From Macrostomum hystrix (taxonomy: Eukaryota; Animalia; Platyhelminthes): a stretch of 64,000 nt of DNA. The notes beneath the pieces were generated by a model that was not told the DNA's origin, made no database searches, and was given only the letters and a program-made list of their open reading frames with translations. Shown one piece after another: positions 44,701 to 56,436 of the stretch. The position numbers were made by a program, and so were the translations under genes. Position 1 is the first letter of the stretch, and every line of letters begins with the position of its first letter. Location of the stretch: the NCBI GenBank assembly GCA_950097015.1, contig CATNEN010000003.1, positions 8,184,001 through 8,248,000 of the forward strand, written 5' to 3'.

Positions 44701-46762
44701 ATAAATATAGGAGCGAAAGTGAGAGAAAAATTAACATTGTTCAATGCAGTTTGAATCAAAGTTCGTATATATAATAGGCTATATCTATGCTCTTATAATA
44801 GACTATATCTTACTGTATCTATGCTATATCAATGCTTTCATAATAGAATATACTGTTTTAGGTTTATGAATAAATCCTTCGTTTGATACCCTATTCATGC
44901 TCATTCTTAGAAAGTTATAAAACACGTATAATTTTTGCTTCGTTTTAATACACCAAAGAAATTCTTTGTTTTACTATGCCTACCCACCTCTTTTTATACT
45001 ATAAATACTTGAGTGCTTTTACCAACCTACAATCAACAGTCCGCAAGTCGGGAGTTCACAAATAAATGTTTTATAAACCAATAAGTTCTTTCACTCAATC
45101 TCACTCGTGTTCTATGTTCCTAGTATTTGTTGGAAAGTGAAACCTGATTGGTTATTGGTGATTCAGAGTCGAGCAATAGAGTTAGTAACTAATAGATATG
45201 TTGTGTTTGTCTAGTACCCTCCAATCCATTGGAGCCTTTAAAGACTGGGTGTGACCAATAAGTATTAAAAAGAGTAATTCTATACAGTTAGAAGTAAAAG
45301 TGTCTTACCGCTCGGGCACTTATGATTTGCTACCACAGTAATTGAATTTATATTAAAGTGTTATACTTCCCTATAAATTGGGCAATTTTTAAAACATAAT
45401 GAAAGTTGACATTTAAATAAGCATTTTTGCAGTGGATAAATATAAGTAATTTACAAAGAATAAAAATAAAGAGAAGGGCCCTACGACAACTAGTGACAGC
45501 TGTGAGATTTTAGTAAATAGCCCTACAACATATACAATACTCAGAATCATGTTCGTTCATTCTTTATAAAACATACGGAGACGAATACTAAGAAAGACTC
45601 AAGAGATAGAAGTAGGAAGTATTGCTGTATACTTGAGATCATTGGTAACGCTCTTCGGAAAGCCTATACTCAGAAATACATACATGCGATAAATTAATCG
45701 GCCAGAATAACTAAATATGCTACCTTAGACTAACTAAAGACGATATTCAAGGATAACTAAATACGCTACCAAGAAATTCTTTTGGATATATAGAATACAT
45801 TCTCAGAAATTAATTCTAAGAAACATTAACAGTAAAGAATACAACAACATTGTAAGAGTAAAAATTAGAATAATAATTAGCGCCAGAACAACTTTGGTGG
45901 TATTCAGTAGAATATTAAAATATTATAAAATAACCCTAGGACATCAGTATAGCCTAACTATAGTAGGCCTAGCCAGCATAGATGAATGGTGGACCTGTCC
46001 TAGGCCTACTCTAAAATTCATAAAGTAGGGGCCTAGGAAGCTACACTTGGCCTTGGGACCTATGCCTATGCTGCATGGCTATAGCTAATATAGTATGTGG
46101 TGTAGGCCTAGGCCTATATAATTCAAGTAATGCAGACTAATAGTAATAAATATGGCTATAAAAGCTAATAGTTTTATAGACTAAAGCTAGATAGACAATG
46201 ATATGCATTTTCACAAAGTTATGTTCATTCACTTTTTTTCTAAACTTTCATCAGGTTTTACAGTCAAGAATGAAAGAACTATCATTCCTTATTAGATCAA
46301 GTCAAGCAAATTTCGAAACAAATGTATCGAACAAAGGTAATACAAAGACCGACTTCTTCCAGTGGTAGTCGATGCGATATTAACATAGCATCACGAAGAA
46401 GTAAGTTCGTAAGTAATTAAGCCAAAATTAACAACACTAAAGCCTAAATAAACGTAGCATTTTAAATAAAAATTTCTATTGCTAGGTATCGCATAGTCTT
46501 ACTTCACGTGATATTTACAAAAAAACAAAACATATTTGTTAATATTTTAAACCACGAAAGCTAAACCACCGCGCAATTTTAAACAAAACGATAAATTGAT
46601 AAAATTTGCCCTCATCAGTTGGGCATCAATCAGTTGCGTTTTTGGGCATACGGGAGATATTGGAATCAAGAACCAATAGGAGTAGTCTAAGTGACGTCTG
46701 GTCCTTGTGGTTTTTGACTGGTTGACTGGTATATGCACCCATAATAGTAATTGAGATGTCGT

Positions 46763-47851
46763 CCCTTCTTGTCGACCATAATGCGAAAATAACGCATTTT
46801 TAATCCAGATTATAATGGAATTATATGCCATTAAATGGGATTATAATTTAACATTATAATGCGTAAATAATGCATGAAAATGGGAAAAATGGGATTATAA
46901 TTTGGCGTATAATGCAGAAAAATGCCTTTCCTGTCCGTACAGTGACGTGCCACTGAGAAATAAACAAGACATTTATGGCAACCTCGCAGTTCAGAATTCT
47001 GTCCAGTAGTTGCTGATTACATTTTTTTAAAAAACAAATTAATTTTATCTAGGAAAAGAAAATTTTGCATATTTAGATTATTACAGATGATTGCATATTC
47101 ATTGAAATATTGAACATACATAAGTATAGCAATTCGCAGATAAGCATTATAGATGAGCATTAGAATTACAATTAGAATAGGGTGTATTGGGATAATTAGC
47201 ATAGAAAAACTTAATTGGTTCTATCATTTCGGTACTAATTCACTGAATTCATGTTTCCAAGGTATTAACTAATTCTAATTTCAATTATGCATAGAATGCA
47301 TTCTTTCGCAGCCCACCATTGACTCGGTCTTTGTGATCATATTAAAATTAGTAAACGAAAAAGGGTAGAGCACCTCATCCCTGCCCTCTGAACAGTAGAA
47401 CATCTGAACACTATCTAGTCATGTTCGGACTCTTCCAGCAGTGGGAAAACACAAAAGCAACCACGAGGCAAGTTGGAAAAAGACGCTTCCATTTTTATGC
47501 AGCGACAAGCAACATCAGACAGATGGAGGAAAACATCCTCATCGAAATTAATCGAAGAGAAAATTATAATGTTTTGAAGTGGGATATTCGATCGCAAAAA
47601 AGCAAACAATTTTTCTGACGCATGAGATAGTTGGTTCAATGAAACTTCATCGAATAAGCAATCGATCAAGCGGCACTGTTGGACAAGGCAATGGGCAACT
47701 ATTTTATCGTCAACAAAGTCACGAATAACAAAAAAATTCAAAATAATGCACTATAAATGCATTGTCTTATAACTATTTTATAGGTATAACTAATTTAGTT
47801 AGTTATTAACTATTTTAAAATGCTTTATTTTCGCATTATGGGCCACAAGGG
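46763..47851. mobile_element. TIR-bounded non-autonomous DNA element (CMC/EnSpm-like?)
   Basis: cttgtcgaccataatgcgaaaataacgcatttt (46768-46800) is the inverse of aaaatgctttattttcgcattatgggccacaaggg (47817-47851). Confidence 0.45.
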
Positions 47852-50240
47852 GTGATGTAAGTCCCACAGAAATTATAAAGGTAAGTGTTCTGCGTTTAAT
47901 ACTGTAAAGTGAAAGCCAACAATATAATTACGAGTTTATACTTTCTCACTTACTTCTAATTCATTTTGCATTAATTGATAGTAAAAGTGCAATTATTTAT
48001 GTATAAAGTTAAAACACCAGAAACCGAATAGATATCTAAAAAATCATCGAATCGCAATGAGTCCCTATGGGGACAGCCACGGCTGCAGCCAAACGCCGGA
48101 AAAGTGTGATATCGACTCACGGCTTGAATTTCATGCGCATATCTTTGGTGCAAAATTATTAGCATTCACTAGCCAGAATTTTCTAAACTTATCTCTTCTA
48201 AACTATAGCTGCCTTCGCTGAAAAGCGAAAATGTCAAATAATTCTGGCTACTTATAGAGCTAATTCATACAGCGAATTGGGTTCAAAGAAACGTCACTTT
48301 GACTAATTTAAAAGCGAATTTTAATTATGTTTCCTTTCTTATAGTGTCCAGCTGGTGATGGTATTTTCTTGTCTAGACAGTGACACATAAAATTATTCAT
48401 TCATCCCTGGCTAAACTCCTATAAACTCCAATAAACTCCAATAAACTCCAGGAATATTCCATAACAGTTGACACGGACCGTTAGCCATGATGAAGACCAG
48501 GCAATGATGGTGAAACATAGCGCCCCCGACTAAAAACGGCATGAGTCGAGAAAACACAATCGCACGCTGGTACTATCACAATAAGCTCTCGGACTTGTGG
48601 GAGTCATCAACTAAACCTGGCTCTGATCCTGTTCGAGTGCCTGTCTCCGTTTGACTGAGCGCTCTCAATGGAACTATATTCCTTTAATCATTGCTTTGTT
48701 CTTTTTTTAATTAAAAGGCAGCTTTTTCGTGCATTCTTCTAAAAATGCGCAACCTATATATTTGCAACGCTTTGCTTTGAATTGAAAGATAGAATTGCAT
48801 CTGATTTAGGCCACTAATTTCTGAGCTGCTAATCGCAGAATCAGTTTGCTAAACTATTCGATTGCAAATTACGTACGAGCGTAGTTGTAATTACGTAATT
48901 ACGTAGTTGTTTTAAATTATCCAAATATTTCGTAAGTAAACTTCTTGCATGCGTCGTAGCTTATAGAACGAAAATTATTAACCTGGTCCCAGCCAATCAC
49001 AGAGCGTCACGTGCACTCAATTCTGGTGTCGTGCATCGCTGCCATTTAGTTTTTTGGCTGTCGGCGAAGCACAAGTAAATCTTGTGACAGAAAAACATTA
49101 ATTATCATAAATAAAAAATAAACAAATCGCTTTAGGATTTTGACCTGTCTCTTCTAGAAGCGAGTTTCCAGTATCGTTCGCCATTCTGAGTTATTTGCTT
49201 TACAGAGTTTAAACAGAGGAAAAAAGAAAACAATTAGAGATGACGAAAATTGTTTCTGAATCCGATTTACTGACAGTAGGCGTTGAGTAGCCGGCTTGTG
49301 TCTAATGATGTCTGCTTTCGTTTTGAATATTTGACTACACGGCAAATGATTGATCAGTTTCCAAGGCTCCATTTTTACGACGAAAACATCACACGAGAAT
49401 TGAGTGAGAATGAGTTTATTTCGAGCTCAACATACAGACCAACGTCGCACACATAGGAATGAAGAATCCAGTGTCAGTTGCAAATCACATTGTGAGCTAT
49501 GGTTTTAGGATGTTGAAGTCCTCTGCTGCATTATTTTTGTCTAGAAGCCATGCATCACTAGAGTTGCAGCAGATGATTGACAGATTGGGGAAGGGAAGCT
49601 CAGCTTCAACAGTTGAAGCTATTCTAAAAATCTCAAAGCTGGCACTAATTTTAGACAATAATCTAGCTATAGCGTCTTTTTGAAAACGAATTCCTTCACT
49701 GCAACGCAACGGACCTTGTCAAGGACATATTTAATCGAGGATTTCTTTTGTTGCCTTCAGTTATGACGTGTGATGATGAAGCCTTTTTTCGGATGAAAGG
49801 ATGAGCAACGCGCGATGCTGCCTCCATTTAAATTTTAAGAGAGTTGGCTATTGCTGTCAGTCTAACTGTTGCAATTAATATTAATACGAGCTATTATCTT
49901 CTTCTGCAATCTACGAGTATCCAATCTATTGCATCAGCGACCTTGATGTGTTTAACGTTCCGCCACTGACCCCCAGGCTAAGAAGGATAGCGAAGAGAGT
50001 AAGCTATCACAATTAGATCGCCAAGATCTAAATTTGTGATTCATGATTCCTCAGGTTAATAAAGTTGATAAGAAAGTGAATCTCTATTTTTCCGTGACGA
50101 CATTGTTTGGTGAATCTTTTTTTCATGAATTTAGGCCTGTACTAGCCTCTAGGTGGGTGTAGTCTAACCAACTTAGCATCATAAAAACGTTTTCAAATTA
50201 AGATCGAACAGCATCTCATTCGCTGAATTCGCTGAATTAA

Positions 50241-51005
50241 TCAATCAAATGGGTTGACGCATTCGCACAGAACAGCTCCCGGGGTGGGCGAGAAATCTCG
50301 AAAGTCGGAAAGGTTGCTGTGCGCATTCCAGCGACCGGTGGCGTTTTCATTGTCGTCTCCGTTGTACCCGTTGGGATCCCCTGTGCCCCACAGACTGCCG
50401 TCCAGGGTGATGTTGCAGCCGACCCAGTACCAACCTCCAGCTGGCTCCGGACTGCCAGGAGCTTGAAGACCGCCGAGCCAGATGGATGTGCCTCCAGCCT
50501 GGGCGTTGTAGATCTGCTCCACGCGAATCATCTCTGTGGCGTCCATCACGTCGGCCATGATCACCAGACCGCTCTCCGACTCGCACTTCTGCCTGCTCGG
50601 CCACCAGGTTCCCGTGCCGAAGTGCAGCTTGTACTTCACTCCGCACAGGTCGTCTCCGTAGCCAGTCGGACACAGCTGGCCAGCCTCGAGTCCCGGCTGC
50701 TGCTTCACAAACACCTGGCCTCTCCTGGAGCAGCTGCAGTCCCTCACTGACTTGCTGCACTTGTCGAACACGAACAGCTGACACGGACCGTCAGCCATGG
50801 TGAAGGCCTGGCAGTTTGTCATCAGAAAGCACAGCACAGAACAGCGCACGAGTGACATGGCGACTGCTTGAGTCCTGACAAACTCAGGTCGGATGCACAG
50901 GTAGCCGATTTTGGCATCGAAAGTCACCCCGGCATAGCAGGGTACCAAGGATCGATGCACCAGCAACACCACCAGCAGGAAGCTTTTGTGCTCTGAGAAT
51001 AGCAT
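50241..51005 (-). CDS. Secreted PAN/apple-like + C-type lectin domain protein, copy A (254 aa, intronless)
   Basis: ATG at 51005 followed by a hydrophobic signal peptide. CxxxC...CQAF...C PAN-like motif. CTLD motifs W..SRQKC, IWLGG, WYW, LWGTGDPN and VLCEC. Confidence 0.8.
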   Translation of the reverse strand: MLFSEHKSFLLVVLLVHRSLVPCYAGVTFDAKIGYLCIRPEFVRTQAVAMSLVRCSVLCFLMTNCQAFTMADGPCQLFVFDKCSKSVRDCSCSRRGQVFVKQQPGLEAGQLCPTGYGDDLCGVKYKLHFGTGTWWPSRQKCESESGLVIMADVMDATEMIRVEQIYNAQAGGTSIWLGGLQAPGSPEPAGGWYWVGCNITLDGSLWGTGDPNGYNGDDNENATGRWNAHSNLSDFRDFSPTPGAVLCECVNPFD

Positions 51006-51431
51006 GGCCCCTCGAAAAACAGATTGCGGACTCTTTTTTACAGGTTGAGCTAATCGTCTCAAAATATTTGAGCTTTTCTGCAGCTTTTATGCACCAAGGT
51101 ACCGGTTTTGACTAAGTGACTCAATTGTCTAAGCTGTCAATCAGTCGCGTCTTTGGAGTAGAATATGCTTGATTTTTTTAATATCTCATTGTCTTGAGCC
51201 AGGAAGCGTTGGAGGCATATTTTTAGTTCAGAGCAATCGAATAATGGAAGAGATATAAATATCCTTTCAACGAATTCGAAATACAATTCCGAGTCGCAAC
51301 TTACAAAAATCAATCTAATTGAAGCTCATTGTTCTTTGAAAAAGCACAATGCATGCAAAAATAGTACTCGTTTTTGCAGCTGTCTTGTGTGGTTTATTGA
51401 TTCGATTCGATTTCTATAATGAATGGTGTCA

Positions 51432-51905
51432 CCTTGGATTGGGGTGGGGCACCAGTTTGGATTGGGGTGGGGCACCAGTTTGGATTGGGGTGGGGCATCA
51501 CATTGGATTGGGGTGGGGCATCAGTTTGGATTGGGGTGGGGCATCAGTTTGGATTGGGGTGGGGCATCAGTTTGGATTGGGGTGGGGCATCAGTTTGGAT
51601 TGGGGTGGGGCATCAGTTTGGATTGGGGTGGGGCATCACCTTGGATTGGGGTGGGGCATCAGTTTGGATTGGGTGGGACATCAGTTTGGATTGGGTGGGA
51701 CATCAGTTTGGATTGGGTGGGGCATCAGTTTGGATTGGGGTGGGGCATCAGTTTGGATTGGGTGGGACATCAGTTTGGATTGGGTGGGACATCAGTTTGG
51801 ATTGGGTGGGACAACAGTTTGGATTGGGGTTGGGCATCAGTTTGGATTGGGTGGGACATCAGTTTGGATTGGGTGGGACAACAGTTTGGATTGGGGTTGG
51901 GCATC
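51432..51905. repeat. 22/23-bp G-rich minisatellite (ttggattggggtggggcatcagt)n
   Basis: Directly visible; G-quadruplex-prone. Confidence 0.92.
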
Positions 51906-51996
51906 AAGGGCATTGAGCATCAGTTGCTCCGTTCGGGTGCAGCACAAAAAATGGTAAAGGGGTAAATCCCCCTTGGTAGGTCTATTGTTAATCTAT

Positions 51997-52090
51997 TGGC
52001 CGACGTGATGGACGCCACAGAGATGATTTGCGTGGAGCAGATCTACAACAACCAGGCTGGAGGCACATCCATCTGGCTCGGCGGTCTTCA
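51997..52090 (+). pseudogene. 94-bp orphan fragment of the lectin core
   Basis: gccgacgtgatggacgccacagagatg...atctggctcggcggtcttca; carries copy A alleles. Confidence 0.85.
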
Positions 52091-53004
52091 GCGAACTTTA
52101 TCTTGTAAATTTAAGGAAATTTGATATTCTTAAATTATCCTTTAAGGATATTTATCATGACAACTGATAAACTGTCAGTAAGACTCCTTGTATGGGTTTA
52201 TTGTCCTCCATCGTTTGATGTACTTTATTAATAATCATTAGTATAATTCCAATCCAGTCAATTCCTATTAAAATTTCTCTCAGTTTGGAATTATGTAGTA
52301 TTCCATATATTTAGCTTTCAATTATAGTGAATAAAGTCATGCCGTATGTTATCCGTATTTAGAAGTTACTAGCAAGGTATAGCACTGGAAATAAAATTAA
52401 TAAGCGTGGGAAGAAACGAGGGATGAGGAAGTTTTGGCAGAAAGACGTATAATTTAGCAGATAGCAACACTGGACTAATAAAATTGATACGACCTAATAG
52501 GAAAATGTGTAACAATAAGCTGCACAAGCAGAATGAAAAATATTTCCTACGTTTTCAAGTCCATGCAACGTCAACGATATCAAGATCAACGCCATCTAGT
52601 CAGCCTTACCTCCGCCTACATAGAATGTCGATTAGGGCTGCAGCCAATCAGTTTTTAGCTCCAACAAATGGCTATATAATTTCTCAACGCTCAGTTCACC
52701 ACTAGCGTATGGCGTATCTGCTCTTAGTGCATAATAGGATCCCGGTACCCCGCTTCGCAATGTTCGCCTGCTCAGACCAGTTGCCCAGTTGCTAAATATT
52801 CCAATTTCTCGCTGTCCGTTTAATCCCTTTTAGATAAAAAAACTCACAAGGCTCCTAAAAAGCCTCCTCAATAGAATTTATCCACAAAGCATTGTAATTT
52901 CAAAAGTTTACATTTTTTTAAGCAGCAAAAAGCTAGCTGATTGGAAGAGACATCCATTATCACAGTAGACATTACATTCATATATTATCTTTCAGTGGTT
53001 TGAA

Positions 53005-53790
53005 ATGCGGCTATTAGGGATCACTAGAACAATGTTTGAGCCGCTACCGCCGCTGCTGCTGCTGCTGCTGCTGCTCTTGCTGCATAGACGCCTGTTATCA
53101 TCCGCTGCAAACCTGAATTTCAAAAATCAACTGGGCTACCTGTGCATCCGACCTGAGTTTGTTAGAAACCAATCTGCGACATCTCTCCGACACTGCTCCA
53201 TGATGTGCTCCGAGAGGAAAAGCTGCCAGGCCTTCACCATGGCTGACGGTCCGTGTCAGCTGTTCGTGTTCGACAAGTGCAGCAAGTCGGTGAGGGACTG
53301 CAGCTGCTCCAGGAGAGGCCAGGTGTTTGTGAAGCAGCAGCCGGGACTCGAGGCTGGCCAGCTGTGTCCGACTGGCTACGGAGACGACCTGTGCGGAGTG
53401 AAGTACAAGCTGTACTTCGGCATGGGAACCTGGTGGCCGAGCAGGCAGAAGTGCGAGTCGGAGAGCGGTCTGGTGATCATGGCCGATGTGATGGACACCA
53501 CCGAGATGATTCGCGTGGAGCAGATCTACAACGCCCAGGCTGGAGGTACATCCATCTGGCTCGGCGGTCTTCAAGCTCCTGGCAGTCCGGAGCCAGCTGG
53601 AGGTTGGTACTGGGTCGGCTGCAACACCACCGTGGACGGCAGTTTTTGGGGCAGTGGCGAGCCCAACAACGACAAAAATCTAGAGAATACTGTCGGGCGC
53701 TGGTCCTCGCAGGATAAACTCACAGACTTTTTTGATTCCTCAGGCACACCTGGCGCTGTCCTGTGCGAGTGCCTGTCTCCCTTCGACTGA
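53005..53790 (+). CDS. Secreted PAN/apple-like + C-type lectin domain protein, copy B (261 aa, intronless)
   Basis: PolyLeu signal peptide (alternative ATG at 53032). Same architecture as copy A, with FWGSGEPNN (EPN motif) and VLCEC. Confidence 0.82.
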   Translation: MRLLGITRTMFEPLPPLLLLLLLLLLHRRLLSSAANLNFKNQLGYLCIRPEFVRNQSATSLRHCSMMCSERKSCQAFTMADGPCQLFVFDKCSKSVRDCSCSRRGQVFVKQQPGLEAGQLCPTGYGDDLCGVKYKLYFGMGTWWPSRQKCESESGLVIMADVMDTTEMIRVEQIYNAQAGGTSIWLGGLQAPGSPEPAGGWYWVGCNTTVDGSFWGSGEPNNDKNLENTVGRWSSQDKLTDFFDSSGTPGAVLCECLSPFD

Positions 53791-54057
53791 GGGAATGCAA
53801 TTTTTTCGCATCAGAAAACTTTCTGTTGCCAATTTAGTAACTGATACGAATATTATAATATAGTTGAGTTACAACGCTCGTAGAAGAATGTGACCCTGAG
53901 TATTTTGATACACAACTCCCTATGTCAACTGTCGAGAAATTGTTTTAAGTCACCGTTTTACTATCTCTTTTTTAATTGCCAAAAATATTTCAAATTCTAA
54001 GTAAAAACAGTTCCGAATGAAAATATTTACCATCTGTTTAAAACTGTCAGAGTTAAA

Positions 54058-55645
54058 TAGGGGCTGGGTCAGTCAAGGTACCATCAGATACGGCTTAACC
54101 TCGCCTTATATTTACTAGGTTGACTTAGCTGCAGGGTTGGTCAATGGACACGGCGGGGAGGCGAGGGTCGCCCATACCGCTAACCACTGTATAGGCCCAT
54201 GCTGACAGGCGATGGCGCAGGGCCGGTCAGGGTGGTCCACCGGTCCGTCCAGCAGCGTTGTCTTCCGTATGAAAGAACGTGGTTTGTCTTGTCGCCCGGA
54301 GGAACTGGACGAGCCGTGCTATATGTTGTCGGGCTGGCAAGCCTCTGGCAAACATAAAGGCGGGTTGGGCCCGAGGTAGGGCAGCCGGTCTCTATTAAAG
54401 AGAAGCAGTCAAGCACAAATAGCTAAGCATCTTCTTTGTCATATTCGCAAAAGGGGCAAAGTCGGCTCTTAAGTTCGCCCCCGAAGAAAGCAGTGCCTGG
54501 CGAGGCGTGGCCCGTTCCTGTGGCCATGAACCATCCTTTATGACGGTTCCTGTGGAGGGACTCAGCCCAGCCAATCAATGTCCCTCAGCCCAGTAATCAA
54601 TCTGGCTGTTGATGAGCGTGGCTGTTGATGAGCGGACCAGGGGTGCAGGGACCAGGAGGGAGCCAGAGCAGCCCAGCTTGGCGAGGGTGTCTGCTAGCTC
54701 GTTCACTGGGAAGCCCGCTCGCCATGGATCCAGCGCAACCTGGCCGTATTGCTAGGTGAGTTGCCGGGCACAGTCAAAGACTGTCCGGGAGCACTTGGTC
54801 GTGCGGCAAAAGGTTTGTAAGGCCGCTTAGCTGTCAGAGTGGATGACTATAGTCTCTCCTCTCGTGTTCCTGGCATTCAGCTCTGTCGCACAGGAGCTGA
54901 AAGACCGTCGAATTCTGGAAGACCGTCGAGAGCCTCTCAATATTTTTAATGTGCCGTTGATCAGGATGCAGACCCCAAAGCCGGCGAGGCAGTCCACGCC
55001 GAATAGCAGTGGACGTGGACCTCCTGGTGTCCCAATGGTCGCTAGCAGCTTCCCTCGAAGGGATGATGACTTTGCAGCGTTGGGTGAGATCAAGAGTGCG
55101 CTTTTCGCCATCAGATAAGACTTGAAGTCAGCCGCAGTCTCCCTCATCTCGAAGGCACAGATCAGCGTCAGGCAGAAGCTTGCGCTTAGACATGGCTCTT
55201 TGTGGCGTAAAGCGGACGCCGGCATCAATGAGCAGTCGGGCCGTTTTAGCTGCTTCCCTGAGGACATAATGTCCAGCGGGGAACGTTGCAAGAAAAGCGT
55301 TGAGGCCGTCATAAGGCGCAGATGATAGGGTGCTCATGGTCATGCGACATGCGCGCCCTTGCGTTCACCTGAGGGCCTCCAGGCAGGTCTTCATATGCAG
55401 GGCGCTGGCCCAGATCAAGATGCCGTACGAGACAGCTGGCCTCACCATTGCAGTGTAGATCCACCAGAGGCGTTTGGGGTGAGCCCTCAGGAAGTACCGA
55501 CGGCCCTTCGCAGCTGCGTGAGGATCGCGAAAGCGTTCGTGGCTTTGGCTTGAACGTGGGTAGACCAGTTCAGCCTATGGTCCAGTGTGATCCGTAAGCA
55601 CTTGGTTTGCTTCCAGAAGGAAATTTCCTTTCCGTAAAGCGCTCT
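54058..55645 (-). mobile_element. 5'-truncated non-LTR retrotransposon (R1/LOA-like; RT C-terminus + RNase H), decayed
   Basis: The minus strand reads LYGKEISF...[15 protein letters not shown]...[19 protein letters not shown], a relative of the 15.6-kb fragment. An RNase H-like IVIHSDS*AALQ follows. Stops and frameshifts are present. Confidence 0.85.
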
Positions 55646-55646
55646 T

Positions 55647-56027
55647 AGACACAGGAGCTTGGCGCCCGAGTCGAGAGAAGTGCGAGTCGGAGAGCGGTCT
55701 GGTGATCATGGCCGATGTGACCGACGCTACCGAGATGAGCCGCGTGGATCAGATCTACAGCAACAAGGCTGGAGGCATGTCCTTCTTGCTCGGTGGTCTG
55801 CAAGCTCCAGGCAGTCCGGAGCCGGATGGATGCTGGTACTGGGTTAGCTGCTACATCACTCTGGACGGCCGTTTGTGGAGCAGCGGTGAACCGGACAACA
55901 ATGCCGTCACTGGCGAGAATGTGATTGGTCGATGGTGGAGCCACACATTTTTAGCAGACTTTTCTGAGAACTCTGAGACACATGGCGGTGTGCTGTGCTG
56001 TGCGAGTGCGTCTCGCCATTTGTTTGA
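55647..56027 (+). pseudogene. C-type lectin copy C, 5'-truncated by the LINE and frameshifted
   Basis: TGAWRPSREKCESESGLVIMADV...LWSSGEPDNN...GVL; a 5-nt duplication precedes CECVSPFV*. Confidence 0.85.
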
Positions 56028-56112
56028 ACGAACTTTGACGCAGTGTTTAAAACTGATAGTCAAGTTTACATGCTGCTGACAAAATTAGAGGCAAGTTTGT
56101 AATAGAATGAAT

Positions 56113-56436
56113 AATTACTGATACTAATTGATTACACCTGCCCCAATTTAGACAGATATGCTACCGACAGCACAGCCGCAGCTATTGCGCGGCGTATCTG
56201 CGTTCGACGTACTAAGGCTGTGTAAGGTTGTTCAGTCCATGGACTGGGTACACCACATCCAACCCTCATTTACCCCAGCTACGAGCAATGCTGGTAACAA
56301 TTTACTATCTGGGTGAACTGAAGCAATGTAGAGTAAAGTGTCTTACTAAATGACATAAATTGTTCCAGCGGAGTCGGGAATCGAACCCCCGACCTTCAAG
56401 TCGTGAGTTAGACGCTCTAACCCCAAGGCTACAACT
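56113..56436 (-). mobile_element. SINE family A copy
   Basis: Reverse match to family A. Confidence 0.85.
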
